Positions 35,328-46,196 of a stretch of 64,000 nucleotides of DNA are shown here, piece by piece; the first letter of the stretch is position 1, and every line of letters begins with the position of its first letter. The position numbers were made by a program, and so were the translations under genes. This stretch comes from an uncultured SAR86 cluster bacterium (GTDB lineage Bacteria > Pseudomonadota > Gammaproteobacteria > Magnimaribacterales > D2472): the NCBI GenBank assembly GCA_902514105.1, contig CABXPU010000001.1, positions 36,105 to 100,104 of the forward strand, in the 5' to 3' direction. Under the pieces are notes generated by a model, which ran no database searches, had not been told where the DNA came from, and saw only the letters and a program-made list of their open reading frames with translations.

Positions 35328-37367
35328 ATGGGGTTTTATATGAACGTTTCACTATTTCCACCTGTATTAGGATTAATCGGCATGATCGCAGCATTTATTG
35401 TTTATGCGTTGGTTATGAGATACCCAGACGGAGAAGATAAAGTTAAAAAAATTGGAGACCAAATCCATAATGGCGCACTAGCTTTTATGAAGACTGAGTA
35501 TAAGTATTTACTAGCTTTTATTAGTGTTCTAGTTGTAATTGTATATTTTACTCCAGGGCTTGGTCCTCATACTGCAATAGCAGTGGTGGTGGGAGCAGCT
35601 TGCTCATCTTTAGCTGGTTTTATTGGAATGTATGCCGCCACTAAAGCAAATGTAAGGACAGCTACAGCAGCTCAACAAGATGGAGCTGCAGCAGCATTAT
35701 CAGTATCTTTCTATGGCGGGTCTGTCATGGGCTTGTGTGTTGCTTCATTAGGCTTAATTGGTTTAGGAGGTTTATTTTATTTTTATGCTGCAGATGGCGG
35801 ATCACACGTTCATGCATTAGAGGGCTTTGGAATGGGTGCCTCTGTAGTTGCATTATTTTCAAGAGTTGGCGGAGGCATCTTTACAAAAAGTGCTGATGTT
35901 GGAGCTGACTTAGTGGGGAAAATTGAGGCTGGTATTCCTGAGGATGATCCAAGGAACCCCGGAGTTATTGCAGACAATGTAGGTGATAATGTTGGAGATG
36001 TGGCTGGAATGGGTTCTGATATATTTGAATCATATTGTGGCTCTATGATTGCCTCAATAGCAATTGCTTATACTATTAACTCACCAAGTTTAATGTCTCT
36101 TCCTTTAGCCCTTGCTGCAATAGGATTGATTGCCTCTATTCTAGGGATATTTATTGTGAAACTACAATCAGCAAAAGAGCCTGCAAGCGCATTAAGATCA
36201 GGCACTTTTTTTGCTCCAGTTATTTTCATAATAATGGCTTATTTTTTAATTAATAATATGGATGATGTTCCAATGGCAGTTCTTTGGTGCGTTGTATCTG
36301 GTGCAGCCGGGGGAGTTATTATTGGTTTAATAACTGAATATTACACTGGAGGATCTCCAGTCAAGAAAATTGCAGAATCTGGAGAGACAGGTTCGGCCAC
36401 TGTTATGATTTCAGGACTTGCTGTTGGGATGCAATCAGTAGTAATTCCAATTCTGGTTCTAGCAACCATTATTATGATTTCTACTTCACTAGCTGGGAAT
36501 GCAGGAATAGTTGGCGTTTACGGCGTTGGTATAGCTGCAGTTGGAATGCTATCAACAGTTGGGATAACTATGGCAATAGATGCATATGGTCCAGTTGCAG
36601 ATAATGCTGGCGGTATAGCTGAGATGTCTGGAATGGGTAAGGAAGTTAGAGATATTACTGATTCGTTAGATGAATTAGGAAATACAACTGCGGCAATAGG
36701 AAAAGGTTTCGCAATTGGTGCTGCCGCTTTAGCAGCATTAGCTATTATTTCTGCTTATTCAGCTCAAGTCAGTGACAGGTGGGGGGATGCTTTTGCACTT
36801 TCATTAACTGATCCAATGGTTCTTGTTGGTATGTTTATAGGTATTTGTATACCATTTTTAATATCTTCTATTACCATGACAGCAGTTGGCGATGCAGCAT
36901 TTGAAATGATAAATGAAATCAGAAGGCAATTTAAAGAAATATCAGGATTAATGGAAGGCAATGCTGATCCAGATTCTGAAAAATGTGTCGAGATTGCAAC
37001 TACAGCAGCTCTTAAAAAGATGATGCTCCCAGGTGTTATAGCTGTTGTTATGCCGCCCCTAGTTGGTTTTGGGCTGGGTGCAATTGCTTTAGGAGGAATG
37101 TTGGCTGGAGGCTTATTAGGCTGCGTAGCTTTAGCTTTATTTATGGCCAATGCAGGCGGAGCTTGGGATAATGCTAAAAAGTATGTAGAAAAGGGGAATC
37201 TTGGTGGTAAAGGTTCTGACACTCATGCTGCAGCTGTTGTTGGCGATACAGTGGGGGATCCGTTTAAAGATACTTCTGGCCCATCTATGAACATTCTTAT
37301 TAATGTTATGGCTATGGTAAGTTTGGTTATTTCAAAACTGCTAGAACCAAACGGAATCTTTTTTTAA
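35328..37367 (+). CDS. hppA: membrane-integral cation-pumping pyrophosphatase (K+-dependent subclass signature)
   Basis: 679 aa with about 16 TM segments. Contains [52 protein letters not shown] and [14 protein letters not shown]. An alternative ATG lies at 35340. Confidence 0.9.
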   Translation: MGFYMNVSLFPPVLGLIGMIAAFIVYALVMRYPDGEDKVKKIGDQIHNGALAFMKTEYKYLLAFISVLVVIVYFTPGLGPHTAIAVVVGAACSSLAGFIGMYAATKANVRTATAAQQDGAAAALSVSFYGGSVMGLCVASLGLIGLGGLFYFYAADGGSHVHALEGFGMGASVVALFSRVGGGIFTKSADVGADLVGKIEAGIPEDDPRNPGVIADNVGDNVGDVAGMGSDIFESYCGSMIASIAIAYTINSPSLMSLPLALAAIGLIASILGIFIVKLQSAKEPASALRSGTFFAPVIFIIMAYFLINNMDDVPMAVLWCVVSGAAGGVIIGLITEYYTGGSPVKKIAESGETGSATVMISGLAVGMQSVVIPILVLATIIMISTSLAGNAGIVGVYGVGIAAVGMLSTVGITMAIDAYGPVADNAGGIAEMSGMGKEVRDITDSLDELGNTTAAIGKGFAIGAAALAALAIISAYSAQVSDRWGDAFALSLTDPMVLVGMFIGICIPFLISSITMTAVGDAAFEMINEIRRQFKEISGLMEGNADPDSEKCVEIATTAALKKMMLPGVIAVVMPPLVGFGLGAIALGGMLAGGLLGCVALALFMANAGGAWDNAKKYVEKGNLGGKGSDTHAAAVVGDTVGDPFKDTSGPSMNILINVMAMVSLVISKLLEPNGIFF

Positions 37368-39427
37368 GCATCAGCAAATTCAATTGATCCAGATAACCAT
37401 CTCTGGATCAATTTCTTAGAATTCTCTTTATCTGTGCTGTAGATTTTTTCAGCAATCAATTTTGTTTCTTCTAAATAATCGCTGTCTCTCATAAGATCTG
37501 TATATTTAAAAGGAATAACACCAGTTTGCTGCGACCCCATTATTTCCCCTGGACCTCTTATTAATAAATCTTTTTCAGCAATATAAAAACCATCTGAAGA
37601 CTCTTTTAATATTTCAATTCTTTGTTTAGCAATGTCTCCAATGAAATCATTGTGAAGCAATATGCAATGACTTTGTTTTGTACCCCTTCCTATTCTTCCT
37701 CTTAATTGATGAAGCTGAGCCAGTCCAAAACGTTCAGCATTTTCGATGATCATTATGTCAGCACTTGGAACATCTACACCCACCTCAATAACTGTTGTAG
37801 ATATTAAAATTTCAGTTTCTCCTCTTTTAAATGCATTCACTGTATTTAATTTATCTTCCGCTTTCATTTTTCCGTGCAAGAAATTAGTTTTTATTGAGGG
37901 TATTTGGTTCTTAATCTGATCAAAGGTTTCTTCTATAGGATTGGCATTCATCATCTCTGATTCTTCTATAAGGGCACAAACCCAATAAACCTGACTCCCT
38001 GCCATACAAGCTTTTCCAATTCTTGAAATCAGCTCATCTTTCTTATTCATGCTCAAAGCAGTGGTTTTGATAGGAAGTCTGCCAGGAGGCAGTTCATCTA
38101 TAACTGAAATACTCATATTTGCATATACACTCATAGCCATTGTTCTTGGAATCGGAGTTGCAGTTAAAGTCAATTGGTGAGGCGCAAATGAAGCCTCAGT
38201 ATTTTTTGATCTTAAAGACAATCTTTGGTTTACTCCGAATCTATGCTGCTCATCAATAATAATTAAGCCCAATAAGGAAAAACTTATATCGTCTTGGAAT
38301 AAAGCATGGGTCCCTATCACTAATTTAATTGAGCCAGATAATAAGGCTTTTTTAATTCTTTCTTTATCTTTTGCTTTTGTAGCACTTGTTAATAAAGCTA
38401 ATGAATCTTCATAATCTGGAAAATAATCTTTAAGATTTAAATAATGTTGCTCAGCAAGCAATGTTGTTGGCGCCATAAAAGCTACTTGAACATTGTTATC
38501 AATAGATTGAGCTGCTGCTATAGCAGCAACTATGGTCTTTCCTGAGCCTACATCACCTTGGACAAGCCTCATCATTGGTACATGATTAGAAATATCCTTT
38601 TGTATTTCATTAACAACTTTTTCTTGAGCACCTGTTAGCGCATGTGGGAAATTATTTAAAACACTTTTATACCAATCTTCTTGTTTTTCTAAAGGCGGCG
38701 CTTTTAAATGAGCCTGTCTATCTTTTAGAGAAGCCATTCCTAACTGGAAAGCTATCATTTCTTCTTTAACCAATCTTTGTCTGGCTGGATGCTGCCCTCC
38801 AGGCATAATATTTTCTATTGCTATATCTTTTGTTGGGAAGTGAATATTTCTAAGAGCTTGTATTAAAGAAAGCTCAGAACTTAATCCATATTTTTGTAAA
38901 TCAATTTCCTCACTAGAGTCTTTGTATGCTTCTACTGCTGCACCAATAAACTTTCTTAATTGATTTTGGCTTAAACCTTTTGTTGCTCTATAGACCGCAG
39001 TTAAATGATTTTCAGTAGGGGTATCTTCGTTTTCAACCATTTGATATTCGGGGTGTATCATTTCTAATCCATATCTTCCTAACCTTAGGATGCCGTATAA
39101 TCTAATTACATTATTTGCTTTAAACTGTTTAGCCTGCCCAGGGTTGAAATAGAAGAATCTTATAAGAATAGATCTGCTTTTATCTGCAGCCTTAATAATC
39201 ATCATCTTTCTTGGTTTATATAGGATTTGGCAGCTAACAACTTTACACTCAATAAATATTTCATCACCAACTTGAGAACCAGCTAAGTCTTTAACCCTGG
39301 TTCTATCTTGGTAATTAATGGGCAGATGAAAGCACAGGTCCCTACTATTAAAAATACCAATACCATTGAGTTTATTTTTAATTGAGGGCCCAACACCGGA
39401 AATATTTTCTAAATCAAGATTAGCCAC
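37364..39427 (-). CDS. recG: ATP-dependent DNA helicase RecG
   Basis: 687 aa. Wedge domain followed by an SF2 helicase core (GDVGSGKT, DEQHRFG, TATPIPRT, QLHQLRGRIGRG). Its 3' end overlaps the hppA 3' end by 4 nt (convergent). Confidence 0.92.
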   Translation of the reverse strand: MANLDLENISGVGPSIKNKLNGIGIFNSRDLCFHLPINYQDRTRVKDLAGSQVGDEIFIECKVVSCQILYKPRKMMIIKAADKSRSILIRFFYFNPGQAKQFKANNVIRLYGILRLGRYGLEMIHPEYQMVENEDTPTENHLTAVYRATKGLSQNQLRKFIGAAVEAYKDSSEEIDLQKYGLSSELSLIQALRNIHFPTKDIAIENIMPGGQHPARQRLVKEEMIAFQLGMASLKDRQAHLKAPPLEKQEDWYKSVLNNFPHALTGAQEKVVNEIQKDISNHVPMMRLVQGDVGSGKTIVAAIAAAQSIDNNVQVAFMAPTTLLAEQHYLNLKDYFPDYEDSLALLTSATKAKDKERIKKALLSGSIKLVIGTHALFQDDISFSLLGLIIIDEQHRFGVNQRLSLRSKNTEASFAPHQLTLTATPIPRTMAMSVYANMSISVIDELPPGRLPIKTTALSMNKKDELISRIGKACMAGSQVYWVCALIEESEMMNANPIEETFDQIKNQIPSIKTNFLHGKMKAEDKLNTVNAFKRGETEILISTTVIEVGVDVPSADIMIIENAERFGLAQLHQLRGRIGRGTKQSHCILLHNDFIGDIAKQRIEILKESSDGFYIAEKDLLIRGPGEIMGSQQTGVIPFKYTDLMRDSDYLEETKLIAEKIYSTDKENSKKLIQRWLSGSIEFADA

Positions 39428-39470
39428 AACTTGATATTACTTTTAATATAGGCATTTGTTAAATCAAATT

Positions 39471-40256
39471 ATGAAAAAGAGTATTTTAATTATAGGATTC
39501 GGAGACCTTGCTGAGAGGCTAGAAAGACATTTAATAAGAAAAGATTATTATGTTTGCGGTTTAACTCGTTCTCCCAATAAATACAAAGGATCAAATTTAA
39601 TCCAATGGGACTGGACCCTAAATAAAGAGTTTATTCTGGAAGAAGATACTTTTGATTCAATTATATTTTTCCCAACCCCCAGTGAATTCAATGAAGAGGG
39701 TTATAGGTCAGGTTTTATAGAGTCTTTAGATCTAATTATTAGATCAATACAGCATATAAAGTTTAAATCTTTTATAGGAATATCTTCAACAAGTGTTTAT
39801 GGAGATAACCAAACAGGCATGTTAACTGAAGAAATTGAACCAAAGCCCTCTAACTTTCGTGGTTCTGTAATTTTAGAATATGAGAAATTACTCCATTCTA
39901 ATTTTCAAGAAAGGTCATTAATATTGAGATTGAGCGGTTTATATGAAGGAGCTCCAAGATGGATGGAGGAATCTATCAAGAATACCAATCCCAAGAAAAT
40001 AAAACTTAGATCCAGTTATGTTAATAGGCTGCATAGAGATGAATGTATACAAATTATAGATTTTGCTCTGGAAAAAGGATTATCTTTAGAAAATGATTTG
40101 ATTAATTGTTCCGCTGAATTTATAAAATATGAAGATTTGTTCAAAGATAAATTTCCTGATTATAATTTTAATGATTATTTTATTTGTCCTGATACCCAAG
40201 CCAAAGAAATATCTAGTCAAAAAATAAGGAAACTTGGCTTTAAATTTAAATCTTAA
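39471..40256 (+). CDS. NAD(P)-binding Rossmann-fold protein (atypical SDR/epimerase-like)
   Basis: The track ORF begins at TTG 39456. The ATG at 39471 gives MKKSILIIGFGDLAERL, with the glycine-rich dinucleotide loop at the N-terminus. No catalytic YxxxK was confidently seen. Confidence 0.5.
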   Translation: MKKSILIIGFGDLAERLERHLIRKDYYVCGLTRSPNKYKGSNLIQWDWTLNKEFILEEDTFDSIIFFPTPSEFNEEGYRSGFIESLDLIIRSIQHIKFKSFIGISSTSVYGDNQTGMLTEEIEPKPSNFRGSVILEYEKLLHSNFQERSLILRLSGLYEGAPRWMEESIKNTNPKKIKLRSSYVNRLHRDECIQIIDFALEKGLSLENDLINCSAEFIKYEDLFKDKFPDYNFNDYFICPDTQAKEISSQKIRKLGFKFKS

Positions 40257-40297
40257 ATTTTATAGAACTTCTTTATAAGAAAAAATACAATGTAGTT

Positions 40298-41149
40298 ATG
40301 CCACTTAGTATGACAGGATATGCAACATCAAAGCATCAGGATGATTCTTGTGAGGTAGTATGTGAAATCAAGTCAGTCAATCATAGATTTCTAGAACTTT
40401 CTATAAAACCAAATGATATCAATAATAAATTAGATTCCTTTATAAGGAATACTCTAAAAAAACGTGTAGAAAGAGGCGCCATAGATATAAGGTTTAAATA
40501 CAATCTATCGCAAGCTTACTCATATTCAGTCAATAAAGAGTCTCTTTTAAATCTAAAGAAGATTTTAAGTCAGTTAACTATCGTCAATGCTCAAAATATC
40601 TCTTTATCAGATATTAAGAATTTCCCGGGGATTTTTGAAACCAATGAAAAGAATAAAATTCCAGAAAGTGTTATTAAAAAAACTTTTTTAGAAGCTTTAG
40701 AAGAATTTATGAAAGATAAATCAAGAGAGGGTATAAAAATACAAAAGGTTTTTAATAAAAAAATAAAAACAATTAATGATTCAATAAATAAATTACAAAA
40801 ACAAATACCAGTTATCAACAAAAAAAGAATGAGTTTATTAAGCTCTAAGGTGAAACAACTAAAGCTTGAGCTAGATGCAGACAAATTAAGCCAAGAAGCA
40901 GCAATGCTTATATTAAAATATGATGTTGCTGAAGAGCTTGAAAGAATAACTTTTCATATAGAATCGATGAAAAAGGAGCTATCATTAAAGAAAACCAAAG
41001 GCAAAAAAGTTGATTTTATTTTGCAGGAACTTTTTAGAGAGACAAATACCCTAGCAGTTAAGATAGATAGACCCTCTCTTAAAGGCATGGCTTTAGATAT
41101 GAAGTTAGCTGTAGAGGAAATGCGTGAACAGGCACAAAATCTTGAGTAA
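40298..41149 (+). CDS. yicC: YicC family stress-induced protein (endoribonuclease-like)
   Basis: 283 aa. N-terminal SMTGYA...EIKSVNHRFLE and C-terminal DUF1732-like EELERITFHI...ELFRETNTLAVK...[10 protein letters not shown]. Confidence 0.8.
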   Translation: MPLSMTGYATSKHQDDSCEVVCEIKSVNHRFLELSIKPNDINNKLDSFIRNTLKKRVERGAIDIRFKYNLSQAYSYSVNKESLLNLKKILSQLTIVNAQNISLSDIKNFPGIFETNEKNKIPESVIKKTFLEALEEFMKDKSREGIKIQKVFNKKIKTINDSINKLQKQIPVINKKRMSLLSSKVKQLKLELDADKLSQEAAMLILKYDVAEELERITFHIESMKKELSLKKTKGKKVDFILQELFRETNTLAVKIDRPSLKGMALDMKLAVEEMREQAQNLE

Positions 41150-41777
41150 TAAAGATAAAGGAGAATTATTCGTTATTTCTGCGCCCTCAGGGGCAGGAAA
41201 ATCTTCATTAATCCACGAAGTAATAACAAGGGCTAAGAATGCTGGATTCTTAGTTGAATTGTCTGTTTCAGCAACGACTCGCCCCCCAAGATCTCAGGAT
41301 ATAGAAGGGCAGGATTATTTCTTTATTTCGAATGAAGAATTTCAAAAATTATATGAAGACAATGCGTTTTTAGAAAGCGCGACAGTTCATGGCAATAGAT
41401 ACGGGACTCTCCATGATTACGTAGAATCAAAATTAATTTCTGGAATTAATATTATTTTAGATATTGATGTTCAAGGTTTTAATCAAATTAGAGATGAGGG
41501 TATTAAGAATACTTCTATTTTTATAATACCCCCAAGCATTAATGAGCTTAAAGAAAGACTCTTAAATAGGAATCAAGACTCAGAAGAGGTTATAGAAGAG
41601 CGTTTAAAGAATGCTATTACTGAATTAAAGGGCGCAAATGCATACAATCATAAGATTTTAAATGATAATTTTGATATGGCTGCAGATCAGCTATACAATT
41701 TAATAGTTAACAGAAATATTCAAAATGAAGAGGCCGTGCATATTTCAAAAATTTTAGAAGATTTATTGTCTAATTAG
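41124..41777 (+). CDS. gmk: guanylate kinase
   Basis: P-loop [10 protein letters not shown] and ATTRPPR; family-typical throughout. The track start is a GTG inside yicC. An in-frame TTG at 41142 gives [21 protein letters not shown], a more typical N-terminal length. Confidence 0.9.
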   Translation: MNRHKILSNKDKGELFVISAPSGAGKSSLIHEVITRAKNAGFLVELSVSATTRPPRSQDIEGQDYFFISNEEFQKLYEDNAFLESATVHGNRYGTLHDYVESKLISGINIILDIDVQGFNQIRDEGIKNTSIFIIPPSINELKERLLNRNQDSEEVIEERLKNAITELKGANAYNHKILNDNFDMAADQLYNLIVNRNIQNEEAVHISKILEDLLSN

Positions 41778-41815
41778 GCATAAAAGCTTTAGAATACGCT
41801 CCCCAGGAGAAAATT

Positions 41816-42085
41816 ATGGCAAGAATTACAGTAGAACGTTGTCTTGAGCAAGTACCAAGTAGGTTTGAATTGATCTTACTTGCTGCTGGAAGAGCAAGAC
41901 AATTATCAACAACAAGCAGAGAACCTATGGTTGAATGGGATAATGATAAATCAACAATTGTGGCCTTAAGAGAAATTGAAGAAGGCTTAATTGATAGAGA
42001 AACTTTAGATAAGACATTAGAAGAGGATGTCTTATTAGATGAATTTGCAGTATCTGATCAAAAGGACTCTCAAATAGTTGGGTAA
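41816..42085 (+). CDS. rpoZ: DNA-directed RNA polymerase subunit omega
   Basis: 89 aa. [30 protein letters not shown] closely matches the RpoZ consensus. Located between gmk and spoT. Confidence 0.92.
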   Translation: MARITVERCLEQVPSRFELILLAAGRARQLSTTSREPMVEWDNDKSTIVALREIEEGLIDRETLDKTLEEDVLLDEFAVSDQKDSQIVG

Positions 42086-42104
42086 TATATAAAGGAGAAC
42101 TATT

Positions 42105-44297
42105 TTGAGTGACAAAGTTCTCCCACATAATCTTATAAGCCAAAATTATAAAAAAGATTTATTAAGGTTTCCTAAAGACTTCTATCTAGAAGCAAAACAA
42201 TATCTAAATGATAAAGAGATTCGATTAATTCGAAAGGCTTATACATTTGCTGATGATGCTCATCAAGGACAAAAAAGAAAGGATGGTAATGACTACATTA
42301 CTCATCCAACAGCTGTTGCAAAAGTTTTATTAGAGCTGGGAATGGATGTTGATTCAATTTGTGCAGGCTTTATGCATGATGTCCTAGAAGATTGTGATGT
42401 TCAGAAAAGTAATTTAGAAAGATTATTTAATAAAGATATTGCAAATATAGTTGATGGAGTCAGCAAGCTAGGAAAGATAGATCTAGAAGATAAGGCTGAG
42501 AGGAACGCAAATAATTTCCAAAAAATGGCACTTGCCATGGCAAATGATGTAAGAGTTATAGTTGTAAAGTTATGCGATAGGCTTCATAACATGAGAACAA
42601 TTTCTTATTTGCCTCGTCATAAACAGATCTATATTTGCAAGGAAACTCTAGAGATATATGGACCATTGGCTCTTAGGATTGGAATGCAGGATGTTAGAGC
42701 AGAATTAGAGGACAGAGCTTTTAAATGTCTTCACCCTTTAAGAGCAAAAATGCTTAAGTCGGCCATCAAAAGAGCTAGCGGAGGAAGAAAGAAGATAATA
42801 TATCAGATCAGAAAAGACCTTAAGAGCCACCTTAAAGAAAATGGAGTGTTAAGCACAGTTCAGGGTAGAGAGAAAAATTTATACAGTATTTATAGAAAAA
42901 TCAAAAGCAAACATAAACCATTCTCTGAGATTTTAGATGTATATGCATTTAGAATAATTGTTAATTCAGCTGATGATTGTTATCGATCCTTAGGGATTAT
43001 TCATAATTTTTATAAGCCAATTGAGCAAAGATTTAAGGATTATGTTGCAATCCCCAAATCAAACGGCTATCAAGCACTTCACACAACTTTGCTTGCCTTA
43101 GATGCAATCCCTATTGAAGTTCAAATCCAAACAAAAGGAATGGAGATTATTGCAGAAAAAGGTATTGCTGCGCACTGGTCATATAAAACAGATGACATAG
43201 AATCAGGGAAAGAATTTAGAGCACGAAGATGGATGTCTAGCATTGTTGATTTCCATAAGAGTTCTCAGGGTACAAAAGAGTTTGTAGAATCTGTAAAAAC
43301 AGATTTATTTTCTGATGAAGTATATGTATTTACCCCTAAAGGCAATATTATTAATCTCAAAACTGGAGCCACTCCCATTGATTTTGCCTACGCAGTTCAT
43401 ACGGATTTAGGTAACACAGCAGTTAGTTGCTTAGTTAATCGAAAAGAAGCTCCATTAAATATTCAACTTGAGAACGGATCTACAGTAGAAATTATCTCAG
43501 ATAAATCTATTCATGTTGATCCTGATTGGTTAAATTTTGTTGTTACCAGCAAAGCAAGAGGCGCTATAAGAAATAAACTAAGACATCAAAAAATTTCTCA
43601 AGCCAGAAAGGCTGGGAAAGTTATGCTCGAGGCTGAACTTAAAAGATCAGGGCATAGCTTAGAAGAGTATAGGGGTGGTAAGCTTAATAATGTTCTAAAG
43701 ATGATAGGCGTTAAATCTCTAAATGAACTCTTAACTGATTTAGGGTTGGGGAAAAGAACAGGTAACTTGGTAGCAGAGAGGTTTTATGAAGGGCTGCAGA
43801 TACGAAAGGATGTAGCAGGCAAACTTCATCCAGTAACATTGATAGATCATAAGATTGAGGGTGTATCAGTAAGATATGCAAAATGCTGTATGCCAGTAAT
43901 GGGTGATCCAATTATTGCCCATTCTGATACTGAAAGAGGAATAGTAATTCATCATTCAAGATGTTTAGGAGTAGCACCTTTCAAGCAAAAAGATTCAAGA
44001 TATCTTGATGCTGATTGGGGAGATACTAAACATAGTGAATCCTATGCTGCTCATATTAAAGCAGTCATTGAAAACAAAATGGGGGCACTTGCTGATGTTA
44101 TTGCTACCTTCACCAGACGCGGAATTAATATAGTTGCAGTAAATACAAAAGATTTAGATATTAAATTTACAGAGTGTGATATTGAAATAGATATTGATAA
44201 TGCAGAAGAGTTGCGTAAAATCATGCAAAAAGTTAGAGCAATTAAATCTGTAACAAGTTGTAGACGAATAATTAATGATAAAAAAAGTGTCAATTAA
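42105..44297 (+). CDS. spoT: bifunctional (p)ppGpp synthetase/hydrolase (SpoT/RelA homologue with intact HD motif)
   Basis: 730 aa. TTG start at 42105, 7 nt after AAAGGAG. HD hydrolase domain (HPTAVAKVL...MHDVLEDC), synthetase domain (YRSLGIIH...GYQALHTT), and TGS and ACT-like C-terminal domains. Confidence 0.9.
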   Translation: MSDKVLPHNLISQNYKKDLLRFPKDFYLEAKQYLNDKEIRLIRKAYTFADDAHQGQKRKDGNDYITHPTAVAKVLLELGMDVDSICAGFMHDVLEDCDVQKSNLERLFNKDIANIVDGVSKLGKIDLEDKAERNANNFQKMALAMANDVRVIVVKLCDRLHNMRTISYLPRHKQIYICKETLEIYGPLALRIGMQDVRAELEDRAFKCLHPLRAKMLKSAIKRASGGRKKIIYQIRKDLKSHLKENGVLSTVQGREKNLYSIYRKIKSKHKPFSEILDVYAFRIIVNSADDCYRSLGIIHNFYKPIEQRFKDYVAIPKSNGYQALHTTLLALDAIPIEVQIQTKGMEIIAEKGIAAHWSYKTDDIESGKEFRARRWMSSIVDFHKSSQGTKEFVESVKTDLFSDEVYVFTPKGNIINLKTGATPIDFAYAVHTDLGNTAVSCLVNRKEAPLNIQLENGSTVEIISDKSIHVDPDWLNFVVTSKARGAIRNKLRHQKISQARKAGKVMLEAELKRSGHSLEEYRGGKLNNVLKMIGVKSLNELLTDLGLGKRTGNLVAERFYEGLQIRKDVAGKLHPVTLIDHKIEGVSVRYAKCCMPVMGDPIIAHSDTERGIVIHHSRCLGVAPFKQKDSRYLDADWGDTKHSESYAAHIKAVIENKMGALADVIATFTRRGINIVAVNTKDLDIKFTECDIEIDIDNAEELRKIMQKVRAIKSVTSCRRIINDKKSVN

Positions 44298-44316
44298 CAA
44301 ATAATTAAAGATCAAT

Positions 44317-44703
44317 ATGACTAAAAAAATTATATTCACAGAAAAAGCACCTAAAGCAATAGGGCCATATTCTCAGGGAGTTGTTGCTGGCAATACTTTA
44401 TATATTTCAGGACAGGTGCCGCTTAATCCTGAAACAAGCAGCCTTATTGAGGGAGATATTTCTAGCCAGACTAAACAAGTTATTTCTAATATAGAGAATA
44501 TTTGCATTGAAGCCGGAGCATCTCTCTCTAATATAGTTAAATTAAATATTTACCTTACAGATCTTTCAAATTTCTCAAATGTGAATGAAGTGATGCAAGA
44601 AAGATTTGTAGAACCTTATCCAGCAAGAGCGACAGTTGAAGTGGCTGGTCTCCCATTAGGGGTTGAAATAGAAATGGATGCAATTGTTTATTTAAATGAA
44701 TAA
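44317..44703 (+). CDS. ridA: RidA family reactive enamine/imine deaminase
   Basis: 128 aa. APKAIGPYSQGV, GQVPLNPETS and PARATVEVAGLPLGVEIEMDA are typical YjgF/RidA motifs. Confidence 0.85.
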   Translation: MTKKIIFTEKAPKAIGPYSQGVVAGNTLYISGQVPLNPETSSLIEGDISSQTKQVISNIENICIEAGASLSNIVKLNIYLTDLSNFSNVNEVMQERFVEPYPARATVEVAGLPLGVEIEMDAIVYLNE

Positions 44704-45604
44704 GAATCTACTATCTTTAGCTGATCTATCTAGAAAAGAAATTGAAGATTTAATCTCATTTGCTGAAAAGTTTATTAATGAGGACGGCTCTTTCAAAAAG
44801 GAGTCTTTATTTTCAGATAAAACAATTGCTAATATTTTTTGTGAACCCAGCACCAGGACAAAGTCTTCATTTGAAATAGCAGCAAAAAATTTAGGTTGTA
44901 ATGTTTTAGACTTTGATACTGAATCTTCTTCTTTACAAAAAGGAGAGTCTATATACGAAACAATTGATGCACTATCTTTAATGGGTGTTGATTTGTGCGT
45001 ATTAAGACATTCAGAGTCAGTCATTCATGAATTAGCTCAATACATACCAGAAATGACTTTTATAAATGGTGGCGAGGGCTCTATCTCTCATCCTACTCAA
45101 GGCCTATTAGACTTAATGACTATAATTCAACATAAAAAAACACCCGATGATCAGAATATAGTTATTGTTGGTGATTTAGATCATTCAAGGGTTACTGCAT
45201 CTTTCTTAGAAGGTCTAAATAATTTTAAAATTAAATCACTTACTTTTTCAGGACATCCTGATATGTGTAAATCATTCCAAAATCATCCTCAAGGAAAGTA
45301 TGAACCAGACTTAGATTTAGCTATTGAGGGATCAGATGTAGTAATGGCACTTCGTATTCAGCATGAAAGATTAGCAGCTGAAGATATTGTTGATATTGAT
45401 CAATATAAATATGAATATCAGATTAATTCTGAAAGATTAGCTATGGCAAATGAAGCAGCAATTTTAATGCATCCTGGCCCAGTTAATCTTGATATAGAGA
45501 TATCTACAATGGTGTATGAATCAGATCAGTCAGTAATTCGACAACAAATTGCAAATGGCGTAGCTATAAGGATGGCTGTGTTATCGCAGTTTCTTAGTGG
45601 TTAA
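44696..45604 (+). CDS. pyrB: aspartate carbamoyltransferase catalytic subunit
   Basis: 302 aa. Carbamoyl-phosphate motif EPSTRTKSSFE, with HPTQGLLD and HPGP. Overlaps ridA by 8 nt. No pyrI or pyrC-like partner gene is adjacent. Confidence 0.9.
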   Translation: MNKNLLSLADLSRKEIEDLISFAEKFINEDGSFKKESLFSDKTIANIFCEPSTRTKSSFEIAAKNLGCNVLDFDTESSSLQKGESIYETIDALSLMGVDLCVLRHSESVIHELAQYIPEMTFINGGEGSISHPTQGLLDLMTIIQHKKTPDDQNIVIVGDLDHSRVTASFLEGLNNFKIKSLTFSGHPDMCKSFQNHPQGKYEPDLDLAIEGSDVVMALRIQHERLAAEDIVDIDQYKYEYQINSERLAMANEAAILMHPGPVNLDIEISTMVYESDQSVIRQQIANGVAIRMAVLSQFLSG

Positions 45605-46196
45605 GGATTTTTTCTACTGAATCAACTATCGTTACTGTATTTTGATCTAACTCAATATTAACCAAGCTTCTTTCTTTTAAGAGATCTAAATTTGTTACTT
45701 TAAGCGTTTCAGGTATTAAATGAATATTAAAATTTGTTTTAAACACTTTACCCACTGTTAAACTACAGCCATTAATCCCAATATATCCTTTTTCTAAAAT
45801 ATATTTATCCAATCCCTTGGGAATACTTATCTTCATATCTTTTGAAGATTTCTTTTCATTAATACTAATAATCTTTGATACACAGTGAATATGGCCTGAG
45901 ATTAAATGCCCCCCAATCTCTGATGAAGCAGTCATAGATCTTTCCAGATTTACTTTTTGCCCCTTAACAAAGCTTCCTATAGTAGTCCTGGAAAGAGTCT
46001 CCTCAATTACATCAAATTTAATGGTATCTGAATCACTGCTTATTGCAGTTAAGCAAACCCCATCAACGGACACACTTGCACCTTTTTTAAGTTTTTTTGA
46101 AAAGTTTTTTTGGGCCTTTACCTCAATTGAGATAATGTCATTCTTATATTTGATAGATTTTACGCAGCCAATTCCTGACACAATTCCTGAAAACAT
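45594..46196 (-). CDS. ribE: riboflavin synthase (alpha chain)
   Basis: 200 aa. MFSGIV.GIG N-terminus and a duplicated barrel (GASVSVDGVCLT / GINGCSLTV). Confidence 0.85.
   Translation of the reverse strand: MFSGIVSGIGCVKSIKYKNDIISIEVKAQKNFSKKLKKGASVSVDGVCLTAISSDSDTIKFDVIEETLSRTTIGSFVKGQKVNLERSMTASSEIGGHLISGHIHCVSKIISINEKKSSKDMKISIPKGLDKYILEKGYIGINGCSLTVGKVFKTNFNIHLIPETLKVTNLDLLKERSLVNIELDQNTVTIVDSVEKILNH

Noticed and set aside
36764-37222. Long antisense ORFs inside well-supported genes: 152 aa opposite hppA here, and also 55593-56063 opposite surA, 27220-27639 and 27941-28360 opposite ntrC/ntrB, 52204-52584 opposite cca and 47218-47553 opposite rph.
   Set aside because: Each lies entirely within a gene whose sense-strand product has unmistakable family motifs. 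Their translations are low-complexity (Ser/Pro/Ile/Leu/Ala-rich) with no recognisable domains, start context or ribosome-binding site. Such shadow ORFs are an expected by-product of codon usage on the coding strand.
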